DNA from: Eledone cirrhosa
Lineage: Eukaryota
Direction of reading: 5' to 3'
Length of the DNA stretch: 64,000 nucleotides
NCBI GenBank assembly: GCA_964016885.1
Contig: CAXHJY010000126.1
Coordinates: 2,367-66,366, forward strand
Position numbers and translations under genes: made by a program. Numbering within the stretch: the first letter of the stretch is position 1; every line of letters begins with the position of its first letter. This document shows, in pieces, positions 41,815-56,183 of the stretch. The notes below the pieces were generated by a model, which saw nothing but the letters and a program-made list of their open reading frames with translations, was not told where the DNA came from and did not search any database.

Positions 41815-43398
41815 TTAACTGTATACTTTGTGAAAAGTTCTATGGAATTTATGCAGGCAGATAGAAAACAAATCTGAGCGTCTATTTATTATAGAATCTA
41901 GGTTAGAGATAATGGTAAATTTTTCATTTAGGCAGAGATTACAGATTTTAGATAGAGAGCTGTTCAAGTATGAGGATGCAGAAGAAATCTTCTTCCAAAA
42001 GATGGTATATTTAATGTTTTTGTCTTTTAAGGACCATATGAGTTCTGAGAGAGCAGTGTTAGTTCTTTTAAGTTTGTATTTGAAAGATGAATGATGATTA
42101 TAGAGACGAGCTTTAAAAGAGGTGGAAGTGGAGCCAAAATAGGTGAAGGAATTGGTGCTAGTTATAATTTTACATTCATAAATTAAGTTTTTATCGAGGC
42201 AATGGTTGTTGAGAGGACATTTATTTTTAATGCGGCAGTTGCAATTAGAGAGATTATTAATGAGTGATCTAGTGTTATCTATAGAAGGAATTGGATTGGA
42301 GAAGTTGTTTGCGATAGGAATAATAGGAATAATAGTTTCTTGATTTAGAGTTGCATTATGAACATATAGCGAAGTTGTGTTTGACGTTGTATTTGGGTTT
42401 ACAGAAGTTAGCCTAGGGTTTACAATGACGTCGGGAGTACTATTACTGTTATTATGAAATTCAATATTGGAAGGAAGAGATTTAGTATTTAATATTTTGT
42501 TGTTGTGTTTAGAGATGATGTTGGAAATATTGGAGGATGTAGAATACGAAAATTTGATGGTGTGTTTGTTAAATATTTTACTATAGATATGTGAGGGAGG
42601 GAAGCATTTATTTAAGGCACTAAAAAATAATTTAGGAATATTGTTATTAATAGAGATGGAGAAAGGAGCATTATACCAGATTATGTTTTTGTATCTAGGT
42701 CTTTTATTAAAATTATTGGAATGGTTATGATTAATTATTCTACTGTAAGTTTTTCTAGAATTTGTTTCTTTATTATATTTGATTTTATCTGGATAGCCGG
42801 CTTTAGAAAGTGCGTTATTATAGTAATTAGCGTTAGCATCAAAGATGTTTTTATTAGAAGATATGTTAGATATTCTATTTCCAATATTATTAACTATAGC
42901 ATTCTTGATATTGGTAGGATGGTTAGATTTAAAGTTAACATAATTAAGGTTCTCATTTTTTCTATGGTAAGGGTAATATAGGCCAGTGTCAAGATTAAGA
43001 GATACATCCAAGAAATTAGCTAGTTTGATACTATTATCAAATTCAATTTTTAGGTTATGTTGGTTAAAGAGATTACGTATATTGTTCTTAATAATATTAA
43101 GTTTAACTATATTGCAATTTAGGATAGTAAAGAGTCCATCGTCACGATAAATTCCACCGCGAAGTTGAGGAATTTTCCGACTCAAAGAGTTCAAAATGAA
43201 GATACCAATTAAATCAGTCAATTGGGATGAATCGGATGCTCCCATTGTGATGTCGAAGTTGTTAGAGGTATCGGCTCTGGTCCAATATTCGTTGTTGAAC
43301 TCTAGGATGGTTTTACGTGCGGTGAGGATGATGTGAAGTTCATCTGTGGTGATGTCAGAATATTTAAGTGCGAAAGATAGAGCATTATTTATAAGCCA
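41815..43398 (-). CDS. Penelope-like RT (C-terminal half) plus Zn-linker and GIY-YIG endonuclease, Naiad-like; 5'-truncated
   Basis: FDITMGAS, GIYRDDGL, NFLDVSLNL, YVNFKSNHP, IIWYNAPFS, CNC..KCPL..CL..LIYEC, YFGSTS.FKARL.NH..SF, CNLCLNEK; the ORF-track start (43416) lies in the inverted arm. Confidence 0.92.
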   Translation of the reverse strand, partial: WLINNALSFALKYSDITTDELHIILTARKTILEFNNEYWTRADTSNNFDITMGASDSSQLTDLIGIFILNSLSRKIPQLRGGIYRDDGLFTILNCNIVKLNIIKNNIRNLFNQHNLKIEFDNSIKLANFLDVSLNLDTGLYYPYHRKNENLNYVNFKSNHPTNIKNAIVNNIGNRISNISSNKNIFDANANYYNNALSKAGYPDKIKYNKETNSRKTYSRIINHNHSNNFNKRPRYKNIIWYNAPFSISINNNIPKLFFSALNKCFPPSHIYSKIFNKHTIKFSYSTSSNISNIISKHNNKILNTKSLPSNIEFHNNSNSTPDVIVNPRLTSVNPNTTSNTTSLYVHNATLNQETIIPIIPIANNFSNPIPSIDNTRSLINNLSNCNCRIKNKCPLNNHCLDKNLIYECKIITSTNSFTYFGSTSTSFKARLYNHHSSFKYKLKRTNTALSELIWSLKDKNIKYTIFWKKISSASSYLNSSLSKICNLCLNEKFTIISNLDSIINRRSDLFSICLHKFHRTFHKVYS

Positions 43399-44223
43399 AT
43401 TACTATAATAACGCACTTTCTAAAGCCGGCTATCCAGATAAAATCAAATATAATAAAGAAGACAAATTCTAGAAAAACTTACAGTAGAATAATTAATCAT
43501 AACCATTCCAATAATTTTAATAAAAGACCTAGATACAAAAACATAATCTGGTATAATGCTCCTTTCTCCATCTCTATTAATAACAATATTCCTAAATTAT
43601 TTTTTAGTGCCTTAAATAAATGCTTCCTCCCCTCACATATCTATAGTAAAATATTTAACAAACACACCATCAAATTTTCGTATTCTACATCCTCCAATAT
43701 TTCCAACATCATCTCTAAACACAACAACAAAATATTAAATACTAAATCTCTTCCTTCCAATATTGAATTTCATATAACTGAGAAAAAGATATATTAAAAC
43801 AATATATCTTTTTCTCAGTTATAAAAACTATCTCTTTCTCTCTATCACCCATCTCTCCCTCTCCACCTTCACTCTCATCTCCTCCCCCCTTTTTTTCATC
43901 CTCCCCCCCCCCTCCCTAAATAAAATATTTTTCCTCGTACATATCCTCCCTTCGTTAATTTTCAAAATTTTTAATTTATACAGTATCTTCCAACGGTTTT
44001 CAACCTCTCTTTGTAAAAAATATATCTCCTCTCAGTTATAAAAACTATCTCTTTCTCTCTATCACCCATCTCTCCCTCTCATCTCCTCCCCTTTCATCCT
44101 TCCCCCCCTCTCTAAATAAAATATTTTTCCCAATATCACACATCAATCTAAAACCATTTTTCATATGTTGATTTAAAACTGCACTATCCACAAGTGTTTT
44201 TTAGCCTTCATATCATGTTCTCC

Positions 44224-44294
44224 TGTTTTATCTGATGAAAACACAAATATTATTGCTTGATGATGTTTGTTTTTGAAATGCGCATAATAAAATA
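44224..44294 (+). ncRNA. Type I hammerhead ribozyme (family F, mirror copy)
   Basis: Inverted copy of 40748-40818. Confidence 0.8.
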
Positions 44295-44503
44295 TATGGA
44301 ACTCCTTTAACCATCTTTTGATCTTATATTATGCATACTCCAGTCCCACAAACTGTAGAGTGCTTCTTATCCGATATCTGCATTGCTTTATTGTACTACA
44401 ATAAAACTCACCTCCTACATATGATATATATATATATATATGTGATATATATATGATATATATATGTGATATATATATATATATGATATATATATCTATC
44501 TAT

Positions 44504-45749
44504 CTAGGGCTGGTAAAATTCCCGAGATCCATGGACGAGTTCTCTCCAGCGGTCTCTGTCCCTCATTATCGCTGCCATGTCCTGCGTCTCCAACAGACCA
44601 GTGTTTGACCTTAGGGCATCAACATAGCGTTAACCTTGGTCTTCCTCTTCTAGTGTGTCCATGTAGGGGCTCCCAAATAAGTACTGAGTGCAATGTCAAT
44701 TCTGGATGTCGGGGAGCATGTCCAGCTAACCTCAGTCTCCACTGTGTCACTTTTGAGCTGACTTTTGGGATGCTCCCATACAGCTCTGAGTTTTTCATCC
44801 TCAGTGTATACTGATTAATGTTCAGAGCCATCCTCAGCATTCTCGTGTAGCACCCATCCACCATCTGAGTGAGTTTCTTGGTCAGTGTCCAAGTCTCAGA
44901 CCCATACAGCAGCACAGACTCCACTACAGCAATGAAGAGGCGGATCTTCGGGTCTCTACGAAGGTCCGACTTCCACACCGATCTCAAGCTGTGGCACGCC
45001 GCCCAGGCCTTGCTCTTCCTCTCAACCACCTTCACATCCTGATGCTGAGGATATATGATATATATATATATGATATATATATATATCTTCACTACCTTCA
45101 GAGAGGGTAGATCAACCACCAGTCACGTCCTGATGCTGAGGAGGATATTAGAGGGAGCTAGAGCAAAGTGCCTTCCTGCGGTCATGGTTTTCATTGACTT
45201 TAGGAAGGCCTTTGATTCTGTGGACCGTTACTGCCTGATGAAGATCTTACAGGCTTATGGAATCCCCAAGAAGATAGTGGACCTGATATCACTGCTCTAC
45301 ACCAACACCAAAGCCCAAGTCATTACGCCTGATGGGATGACAGAGTTCTTTGAGATACTGGCTGGAGTGCTCCAGGGAGATACATTGGCTCCCTACCTTT
45401 TTGTCATCGTAGTGGACTATTGTATGCGCTTTGCACTGGAGAAACACCAGGACTCTGGCTTTACTGTAGCACCGGCTCAGAGCAGGAGAGTTAGGGCGAA
45501 AAAGGTATCGGATGCTGAATTTGCCGACGACATAGTTTTGGTGACAAATACAGTGAAGGAGGCAGAGGATTTGATGCGGGAGGTTGAGACTGTGTCGATG
45601 AGTGTGGGGCTGAGAATGAATGAGACTAAAAAAAATATCTGGTAGAGAATGTTGAGAAGCCAGAGGGGATCACTAATGTAGGCGGGAAGCCACTGGAATT
45701 GGTTGAGGACTTCTTGTATTTGGGAGCAAAGATTGGGAATACGGAAGAT
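44504..45749. mobile_element. RTE-group LINE fragment with 5' inversion (3' part minus 44504-45029; RT core plus 45087-45749)
   Basis: FIDFRKAFDSV, GVLQGDTLAPYLF, FADDI, FLYLG on +; KAWAAC, VESVLLYGSETWTL, RRGRP on -; 3' end runs into (TAGA)n. Confidence 0.9.
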
Positions 45750-46726
45750 TTATATATATGATATAAATATATGATATATATATATGATATATATATATAT
45801 GATATATATACATATATTATATATATGATATATATATATATGATATATATATATATATGATATATATATATATATGATATATATGTGATATATATATGAT
45901 ATATATATGATATATATATATATGATATATATGTGATATATATATATGATATATATGTGATATATATATGATATATATATATGATATATATATATATATG
46001 TGATATATATATATATATATATGATATATATATATGATATATATATATGATATATATATATGATATATATATATGATATATATATATGATATAAATATAT
46101 GATATATATATATGATATATATATATATGATATATATATATGATATATATATATATGATATATATATATGATATATATATATATGATAAATATATATGCA
46201 TGATATATATATATATATATGATAAATATATATGCATGATATATATATATATATATGATAAATATATATGCATAATATATATATATATATATATATGATA
46301 TATATGATATATGATATATATATATATATGATAAATATATATGCATAATATATATATATGATATATATATATGATATATATATATATGATATATGCATAA
46401 TATATATATATATATGATAAATATATATGCATAATATTTACATATATATATATGATAGATATATATGCATAATATTTATATATATATTTATGATAAATAT
46501 ATATGCATTATATATATATATATTTATGATAAATATATATGCATAATATTTACATATATATATATGATAGATATATATGCATAATATTTATATATATATT
46601 TATGATAAATATATATGCATTATATATATATATATTTATGATAAATATATATGCATTATATATATATATATATATGATATATATATATGCATAATATATA
46701 TATATATATATGATATATATATATGC

Positions 46727-46935
<209 letters not shown>

Positions 46936-46937
46936 TA

Positions 46938-46970
<33 letters not shown>

Positions 46971-47000
46971 TGCATAATATATATATATGTATATATATGC

Positions 47001-47056
<56 letters not shown>

Positions 47057-47295
47057 GCATATATATATATATATATATATGATATATATATATGCATTAT
47101 ATATATATATGATATATATATATATATATGTGATATATATATGATATATATATATGATATATATATATGATATATATATATATATATGTGTGTGATATAT
47201 ATATGATATATATATGTGATATATATATATATATGATATATATATGTGATATATATATATATATGATATATATATGTGATATATATATCTATCTA

Positions 47296-48025
47296 TCTAG
47301 GGCTGGTAAAATTCCCGAGATCCATGGACGAGTTCTCTCCAGCGGTCTCTGTCCCTCATTATATATATATATGCATGTAGGGGCTCCCAAAGGAGTACTG
47401 AGTACAATGTCAACTCTGGATGTCGGTGAGCATGTCCAGCTAACCTCAGTCTCCTCTGTGTCTCTTTTGAGCTGAATTTTGGGATGCTCCCATACAGTTC
47501 TGAGTTTTTCATCCTCAGTGTATACTGATTAATGTTCAGATCCATCCTCAGCATTCTCGTGTAGCACCCATCCACCATCTGAGTGAGTTTCTTGGTCAGT
47601 GTCCAAGTCTCAGACCCATACAGCAGCACAGACTCCACTACAGCAATGAAGAGGCGGATTTTCAGGTCTCTACGAAGGTCCGACTTCCACACCGATCTCA
47701 AGCTGTGGCACGCCGCCCAGGCCTTGCTCTTCCTCTCAACCACATCATCTTCCGTATTCCCAATCTTTGCTCCCAAATACAGGAAGTCCTCAACCAGTTC
47801 CAGCGGCCTCCCGCCTACATTAGTGATCCCCTCTGGCTTCTCAACATTCTCTACCAGATATTTTGTTTGGACACACTGGAAGAGGAAGACCAAGGTTAAC
47901 GTATGTTGATGCCCTAAGGACAGACACTGGTCTGTTGGAGATGCAGGATATGGCAGCGATAATGAGGGACAGAGACCGCTGGAGAGAACTCGTCCATGGA
48001 TCTCGGGAATTTTACCCGCCTTAGA
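47296..48025. mobile_element. Second rearranged copy of the same RTE family, with 3' termini at both ends
   Basis: Minus arm 47296-47868 with an internal gap filled by TA; plus arm 47869-48025 is the 3'-terminal ~155 nt. Confidence 0.88.
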
Positions 48026-48089
48026 CATATATGCATAATATATATATATATGCATAATATATATATATATATATGATATATATATATAC

Positions 48090-48133
<44 letters not shown>

Positions 48134-48210
48134 TAATATATATATATATATATATATGCATAATATATATATATATATATATATGCATAATATATATATA
48201 TATATCATAA

Positions 48211-49540
48211 TCTATAAAGCTCAGTGTATTGTCACATTTCTTTTTTATAGAAACCTACGATATAGAATTTCTTCAATTGAAATTTACAATTCAGTATTCG
48301 AAATAGCTTCGATTGGATCATGGCACATATATGATTTTCAATTTCACCCACAATTACGCAAAAAATCAATAAAACTCAATATTTTACGATCGACCTCTCT
48401 CATTTCAACTGCTAAATTATTTCCATTACCCTTCAAAATCTATACAACTTCATACTTACTGCTACTTTCTCTTTCCAAGCTGAAACAACTATTCTTTTCA
48501 TTTTACATTGTTCATGTTGATGGTGATACTGTCCGTTTTACTCTCTCACTCATACACTTTACAGACTAAACAACAAAACATTAGCCACATTAACGTACAA
48601 TTTCGTTTATTCTAAATGTGAGTCTTCAAACTGATTTATTTATTTGCAAACATACAAACACACACTCACATCAAATGAATAATTAAACTTTAAATCAATT
48701 TAACCCCGTGCCGGATTTCTAATCACACATACACACTTCATTAACAAATAAAAATTCTAATTTGCGACAATTATTTTCTTTCAATCGTAAAATCAAACGA
48801 CATAATTATTTTCATTTTAGGTTGTTAATCTTCATGTCGATAATACTACCCTTCCAATTCACATCATGTGAGTTAACAAATAATTTTTTAAAACACTATT
48901 CGCAGACTTCCTTAAACAACAAGATCAATTGCGTAGCCGGTATTCATTATGTAGCCGGTAAAGCTATGTAGCAGGTAAAAGGCTATGTAGTCAGTACGAT
49001 GTTATATAGCATGAAAAGTTTATATAACCGGTAAATGTTATGTCGCCGTTAGCATGTGTGTGTGTGTATGTGTATTACCGTCAATACACACGTGTGTGTG
49101 TGCGTTTTTCAATGTAGTTTTCGTTAACAATGACGAGAGTACAATTCAATTTCTCATTCAATTTCTCATTCTTAACTGCTAGGGACGTTCACAGGTTCAT
49201 TAAGTACTTTCAGTAAGGAATAAAAAATTAGGGATTGAACACAAAACCACGACATAAACAGGCACCAACAAACGTTTTCTTTGTCCTGTCAAAGAGTGAT
49301 TGATCCTATCCCTTTCACCTACGACCTCAGTTAGGTCAGGCGAAAGTCAAATAGACAGGGGATCACCTATGTAGGTACAAACCCTGCTGCGGTATGTCTA
49401 TTTTTCTAGCTGCAACCATATTATATATACGGTAGTTAACATAGACCATGATACACCAGGCCTGCAAACCAAACGAGATGGAATATTCATTATAATACAT
49501 CAGTTCCTCAGCCCCGAGCAGCGCCGGGCACTTCTGCTAG
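48211..49540 (+). mobile_element. Non-autonomous Helitron
   Basis: A|TCTATAAAGC 5' end; 3' GC hairpin GCCCCGAGCAGCGCCGGGC followed by ACTTCTG-CTAG|T; internal short tandem TGTAGCCGGTAAA at 48930-49050; the 5' end is less certain. Confidence 0.7.
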
Positions 49541-49665
49541 TATATATATATATGCATAATATATATATATATATATGATATATATATATGCATAATATAT
49601 ATATATATATGATATATATATATGCATAATATATATATATATATATGATATATATATGTATATGC

Positions 49666-49703
<38 letters not shown>

Positions 49704-49735
49704 ATATATGCATAATGTATATATATATATATATA

Positions 49736-50068
<333 letters not shown>

Positions 50069-50144
50069 TATATATATATATATATACATTATGCATATAT
50101 ATCATATATATATATATATATATATATGATATATATATATATGC

Positions 50145-50191
<47 letters not shown>

Positions 50192-50238
50192 TATATATAT
50201 ATATATCATATATATATATATATCATATATATATATAT

Positions 50239-50288
<50 letters not shown>

Positions 50289-50319
50289 ATATTATATATG
50301 TATATATATTATATATGTA

Positions 50320-50370
<51 letters not shown>

Positions 50371-50423
50371 ATATTATATATGTATATATATTATATATAT
50401 ATATATTATATATGTATATATAT

Positions 50424-50454
<31 letters not shown>

Positions 50455-50626
50455 GATATATATATATATGATATATATATATATATGATGTATATATTTA
50501 TATATATATATATATATGATATATATATATATATATGATATATATATATATGATATATATATAAATATGATATATATATGATATATATATATAGATATAT
50601 ATATATATATGATATATATATATATA

Positions 50627-50679
<53 letters not shown>

Positions 50680-50783
50680 ATATATATATACGATATATAT
50701 ATCATATATATATATATGATATATATATACGATATATATATCATATATATATATATGATATATATATATACGATATATATATC

Positions 50784-50817
<34 letters not shown>

Positions 50818-50874
50818 GATATATATATATATGCATAATATCTTTATATATATATATGATATATATATATATGC

Positions 50875-50924
<50 letters not shown>

Positions 50925-50999
50925 ATATGTATATATATATTATGCATATATATATATATCATATATATATATAAAGATATTATGCATATATATATATAT

Positions 51000-51037
<38 letters not shown>

Positions 51038-51049
51038 ATATATATATGC

Positions 51050-51091
<42 letters not shown>

Positions 51092-51132
51092 TGATATATA
51101 TATATATATATATATGATATATATATATATGC

Positions 51133-51180
<48 letters not shown>

Positions 51181-51716
51181 ATATATATATATCATATATA
51201 TATATATATATGCATATATATATATATGATATATATATATATGATATATATATATGATATATATATATATATATATATATGATATATATATATATCATAT
51301 ATATATATATATATGCATATATATATATATGATATATATATATATATATGCATATATATATATATATGATATATATATATATGCATATATATATATATAT
51401 GATATATATATATATGCATAATATCTTTATATATATATATGATATATGCATAATATATATATATATAAGATATATTCATAATACATATATATATGATATA
51501 TATATATGCATAATATATATATATGATATATGCATAATATATATATATATAAGATATATTCATAATACATATATATATGATATATATATATGCATAATAT
51601 ATATATATGATATATGCATAATATATATATATATATGATATATATATATATGCATAATATATATATATTATATACATAATATATACATAATATATATATA
51701 TATATATATATGATAT

Positions 51717-51758
<42 letters not shown>

Positions 51759-51799
51759 TGATATATATATATATATATATATGATATATATATATATGC

Positions 51800-51835
<36 letters not shown>

Positions 51836-52410
51836 ATATATATATATGATATATATATATGATATATATATATATGATATATATATATGATATATATATA
51901 TATCATATATATATATATATGATATATATATATATCATATATATATATATATATGCATATATATATATATGATATATATATATATCATATATATATATAT
52001 ATATGCATATATATATATATGATATATATATATATGCATATATATATATATATGATATATATATATGCATAATATCTTTATATATATATATGATATATGC
52101 ATAATATATATATATATAAGATATATTCATAATACATATATATATGATATATATATATGCATAATATATATATATGATATATGCATAATATATATATATA
52201 TAAGATATATTCATTATACATATATATATGATATATATATATGCATAATATATATATATGATATATGCATAATATATATATATATATGATATATATATAT
52301 ATGCATAATATATATATATTATATACATAATATATACATAATATATATATATATATATATATATATGATATATATATATGAATAATATATATATATGATA
52401 TATATATATG

Positions 52411-52445
<35 letters not shown>

Positions 52446-52851
52446 ATATATATGAATAATATATATATATATATATATATATGATATATATATATGAATA
52501 ATATATATATATATATATATGATATATATATATGCATAATATATATATATATATATGATATATATATCCATAATATATATATATATATGATATATATATA
52601 TATGCATAATATATATATATATATGATATATATATATATATATATATGATATATATATATATATGATATATATATATATGATATATATATATGACATATA
52701 TATATATGATATATATATATATATATGATATATATATATATGTTATATATATATATATTATATATATATATGATATATATATATATATATTATATATATA
52801 TATGATATATATATATATATGATATATATATATATGATATATATATATATG

Positions 52852-52884
<33 letters not shown>

Positions 52885-53247
52885 ATATTATATATATATA
52901 TATGATATATATATATATTTATATGATATATATATATGATATATATATATATGATATATATATATATATGATATATATATATATATGATATATATATATT
53001 ATATATATATATATGATATATATATATATTTATGATATATATATTTATATGATATATATATATGATATATATATATGTATATGATATATATATATTATAT
53101 ATTATATATATATATGATATATATATATGATATATGATATATATATGTATATGATATATATATATTATATATTATATATATATATATGATATATATATAT
53201 GATATATATATATATATATATGATATATATTATATGATATATATATG

Positions 53248-53278
<31 letters not shown>

Positions 53279-53927
53279 ATATATGATATATATATATATT
53301 TATATGATATATATATATATGTATATGATATATATATTATATATATATATATATATGATATATATATATATATATATGATATATATATATGATATATATA
53401 TATGATATATATATATATATGATATATATATATCATATATATATATCATATATATATATCATATATATATATCATATATATATGATATATATATGATATA
53501 TATAAGATATATATATATGATATATATATATATGATATATATATATATATATATGATATATATATATATATATGATATATATATATATGATATAGATATA
53601 TGATATATATATATGATATATATATATGATATATATATATATGCATATATATATGCATATATATATATATGATATATATATGATATATATATATATGATA
53701 TATATATATGATATATACATATATGATATATATATATGATATATATATATGCATTATATATATATATTCTTGTGTATAATGGTAGCTATGGTGCTTCCAT
53801 AGGCGGTATGCCAAAATTAGCACTCAATATTCGGCGAAACAATTGTAACACGCAATAAATTGAGTCCAGATGCATCACTGATTTTTCGTTTTTTTATACT
53901 ATATATATATATATATATAGATAGATA

Positions 53928-54520
53928 GATAAAAACAAATAACGAAACGAAATTAAATTTCGTTTCGCTTCTAACTCACTTTTGTATGACTGACGCTTAA
54001 ACAATTAAGTCAAAGTGTACATCTACATATGTATACGGAAGTATTAGTATGCATATAAATACACATATGTATACATATGTACATGTACCGAGCTTTTCAC
54101 TAGACACTTTGCAGTGAGTGTCTAGCTAGTCTGTATGTAAACACACAGACGAACCGGGTTTTAAAGTCATACGGGTTTTCAAGGAAACACACTTCCTCTA
54201 TCCTCCAGAGAGCCAGACAGGAATATTGGACTAGTTTCGATGTTATTACATCTCATCAGCAATATATACCTATCTTCTGGCTTCTCCGGAGAATTGTAAA
54301 AGCACATATCGTTATATGCTTTTTCTATGAAAATCAGTAGTGGGCAGACTAATTTGCATAGAACGTGAGTCATTGTACGCGCCGGTTCAGCGGAAACGAT
54401 AAAAACAAATAACGAAACGAAATTAAATTTCGTTTCGCTTCTAACTCACTTTTGTATGACTTACGCTTAAACATACTAATACTTCCGTATACATATGTAG
54501 ATGTACACTTTGACTTAATT
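53928..54520 (-). mobile_element. Retrozyme-like non-coding element (family G): 470-nt unit with terminal redundancy and short inversion
   Basis: Direct repeat 53928-54003/54398-54473; inverted 49-mer 54003-54051/54472-54520; canonical HHR inside; TA-type repeats on both flanks. Confidence 0.8.
54223..54265 (-). ncRNA. Canonical minimal type I hammerhead ribozyme (family G)
   Basis: ATATTG-CTGATGA-GATGT aata ACATC-GAAA-CTAG-TC-CAATAT; all stems perfect, GUC cleavage triplet. Confidence 0.9.
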
Positions 54521-54998
54521 ATATATAGATAGATATGTATGTATTATATATATATATAGATATGTATGTATTATATATATATATATAGATATGTATGTAT
54601 AATATATATATATATAGATAGATATGTATAATATATATATATATATAGATATGTATGTATAATATATATATATATATATATAGATATGTATGTATAATAT
54701 ATATATATATATATATAGATATGTATGTATAATATATATATATATATATATAGATATGTATGTATAATATATATATATATATATATAGATATGTTTGTAT
54801 AATATATATATATATAATATATATATATGTATGGTGTGTGTGTGTCGATGCAATGATAACAATAATTATACTGTTCTTACAAGTTAGGCTCCTGGCTGGG
54901 AATATTGTATTACAATTAATCCTATGCGTGAGCTCCAAATGAATTTATTGAGCAAATTGTAAATAAGGAGACCGAAATCACTGTATATCGATTTAAAC

Positions 54999-55000
<2 letters not shown>

Positions 55001-55067
<67 letters not shown>

Positions 55068-55097
55068 TGTGTGTGTCTGTGTGTGTGTGTGTGTGTG
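55001..55097. repeat. (GT)n microsatellite
   Basis: Directly visible. Confidence 0.97.
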
Positions 55098-56183
55098 TTT
55101 AGAATGCCGCAGTATTTAAATTTAAAACATGCAAAGATTAACTAAATGAGCATTCAATATTGATGGGTAGGATTAAGATATTTATTATTTTTAAGCGGAA
55201 AAGTGGCAGTGACTTCGAATTTTGAGCTTCGTCGCTTCACCTAGCTGTATAGAAATATTTATACATATGTACTAATGGCCCACAGTATGTGAGATCAAAG
55301 GTTTTAAATATTTGATAAGAAAGGCGTACTAATCGAACCCGGTAATATTTAACTTAACAAAATTAAATTTTAATGTAACAGTTATACAATTATTAATTCT
55401 GTCGGATTTAAAAAAAGAGAAATTGTTAAATGAACAAAACGTTTTTGCCAAGGCACCTTGCTCGAGTGAGCTGTGCGTTGTCATGATGCAGCTGCAAGTT
55501 TTGCGAGGCCTATTGATTCGGTCTCTTGCGCTGAACTGTATCACAAAGTCGTCGTCGGAGTTCCTGAAAGTACTCTTTTGTAACTGTTTATCCTTTTAGT
55601 AAGTATTTATAATGCACAATAATCAAGGGAGTCGAACAATTCGCCACATGACGTGCTTTTGAAGGATTTGGTGATGAGGAATGCCACCTTTCTGATGACT
55701 TAAACTAAGTTTCTGGATTTTACCCGTACACCCATGTCTTCTTGTCAGTTATCAGGATATTTTTTGGCAGCGTGAACAAAGCGTAAATGTGAGAAGGGAC
55801 ACAGCACCTCGCGCGCTGGTTGCGTGACGGCAACTGGCGCATCGAATGAAGTCTGTATGTGTGTATGAGTTGGATACAATTTAGTTTACAACATTTTGTT
55901 TCATAGAGTTTCATATATTTAGGCTATCCTTAGTGAATCCTTACACAATCCTCACACGTGAAAGTAGCATGAGAAATGCCAACCTTTCACTATCGAATTG
56001 ACTCGAATTCACTAAGGGTTCCTTGTAGATATGAAACCTGAACTATCAAAATGGTGCAAAAATATCTATAAACAGCTTATTAAATATTTTCTTTAGACAA
56101 GATACTGAGTTCTTTTTTACGTTGTTCATTAAGTTACACCGCATACAAATACACACACACAATATATATATATATATATATAT

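Larger units (their letters stand above)
40711..44417 (-). mobile_element. Penelope-like element with inverted 3' duplication (inverted pseudo-LTR configuration)
   Basis: Minus arm 40711-43398 carries the ORF; plus arm 43399-43773 mirrors 42454-42828 and 43796-44330 mirrors 40711-41252; tail 44331-44417 only on the right; TA satellite on both sides. Confidence 0.92.

Noticed and set aside
44325-44337. Satellite unit ATGCATAAT seeded from the PLE tail junction (TATATTATGCATA)
   Set aside because: Match is too short and low-complexity; the homologous 56-kb copy differs at this site
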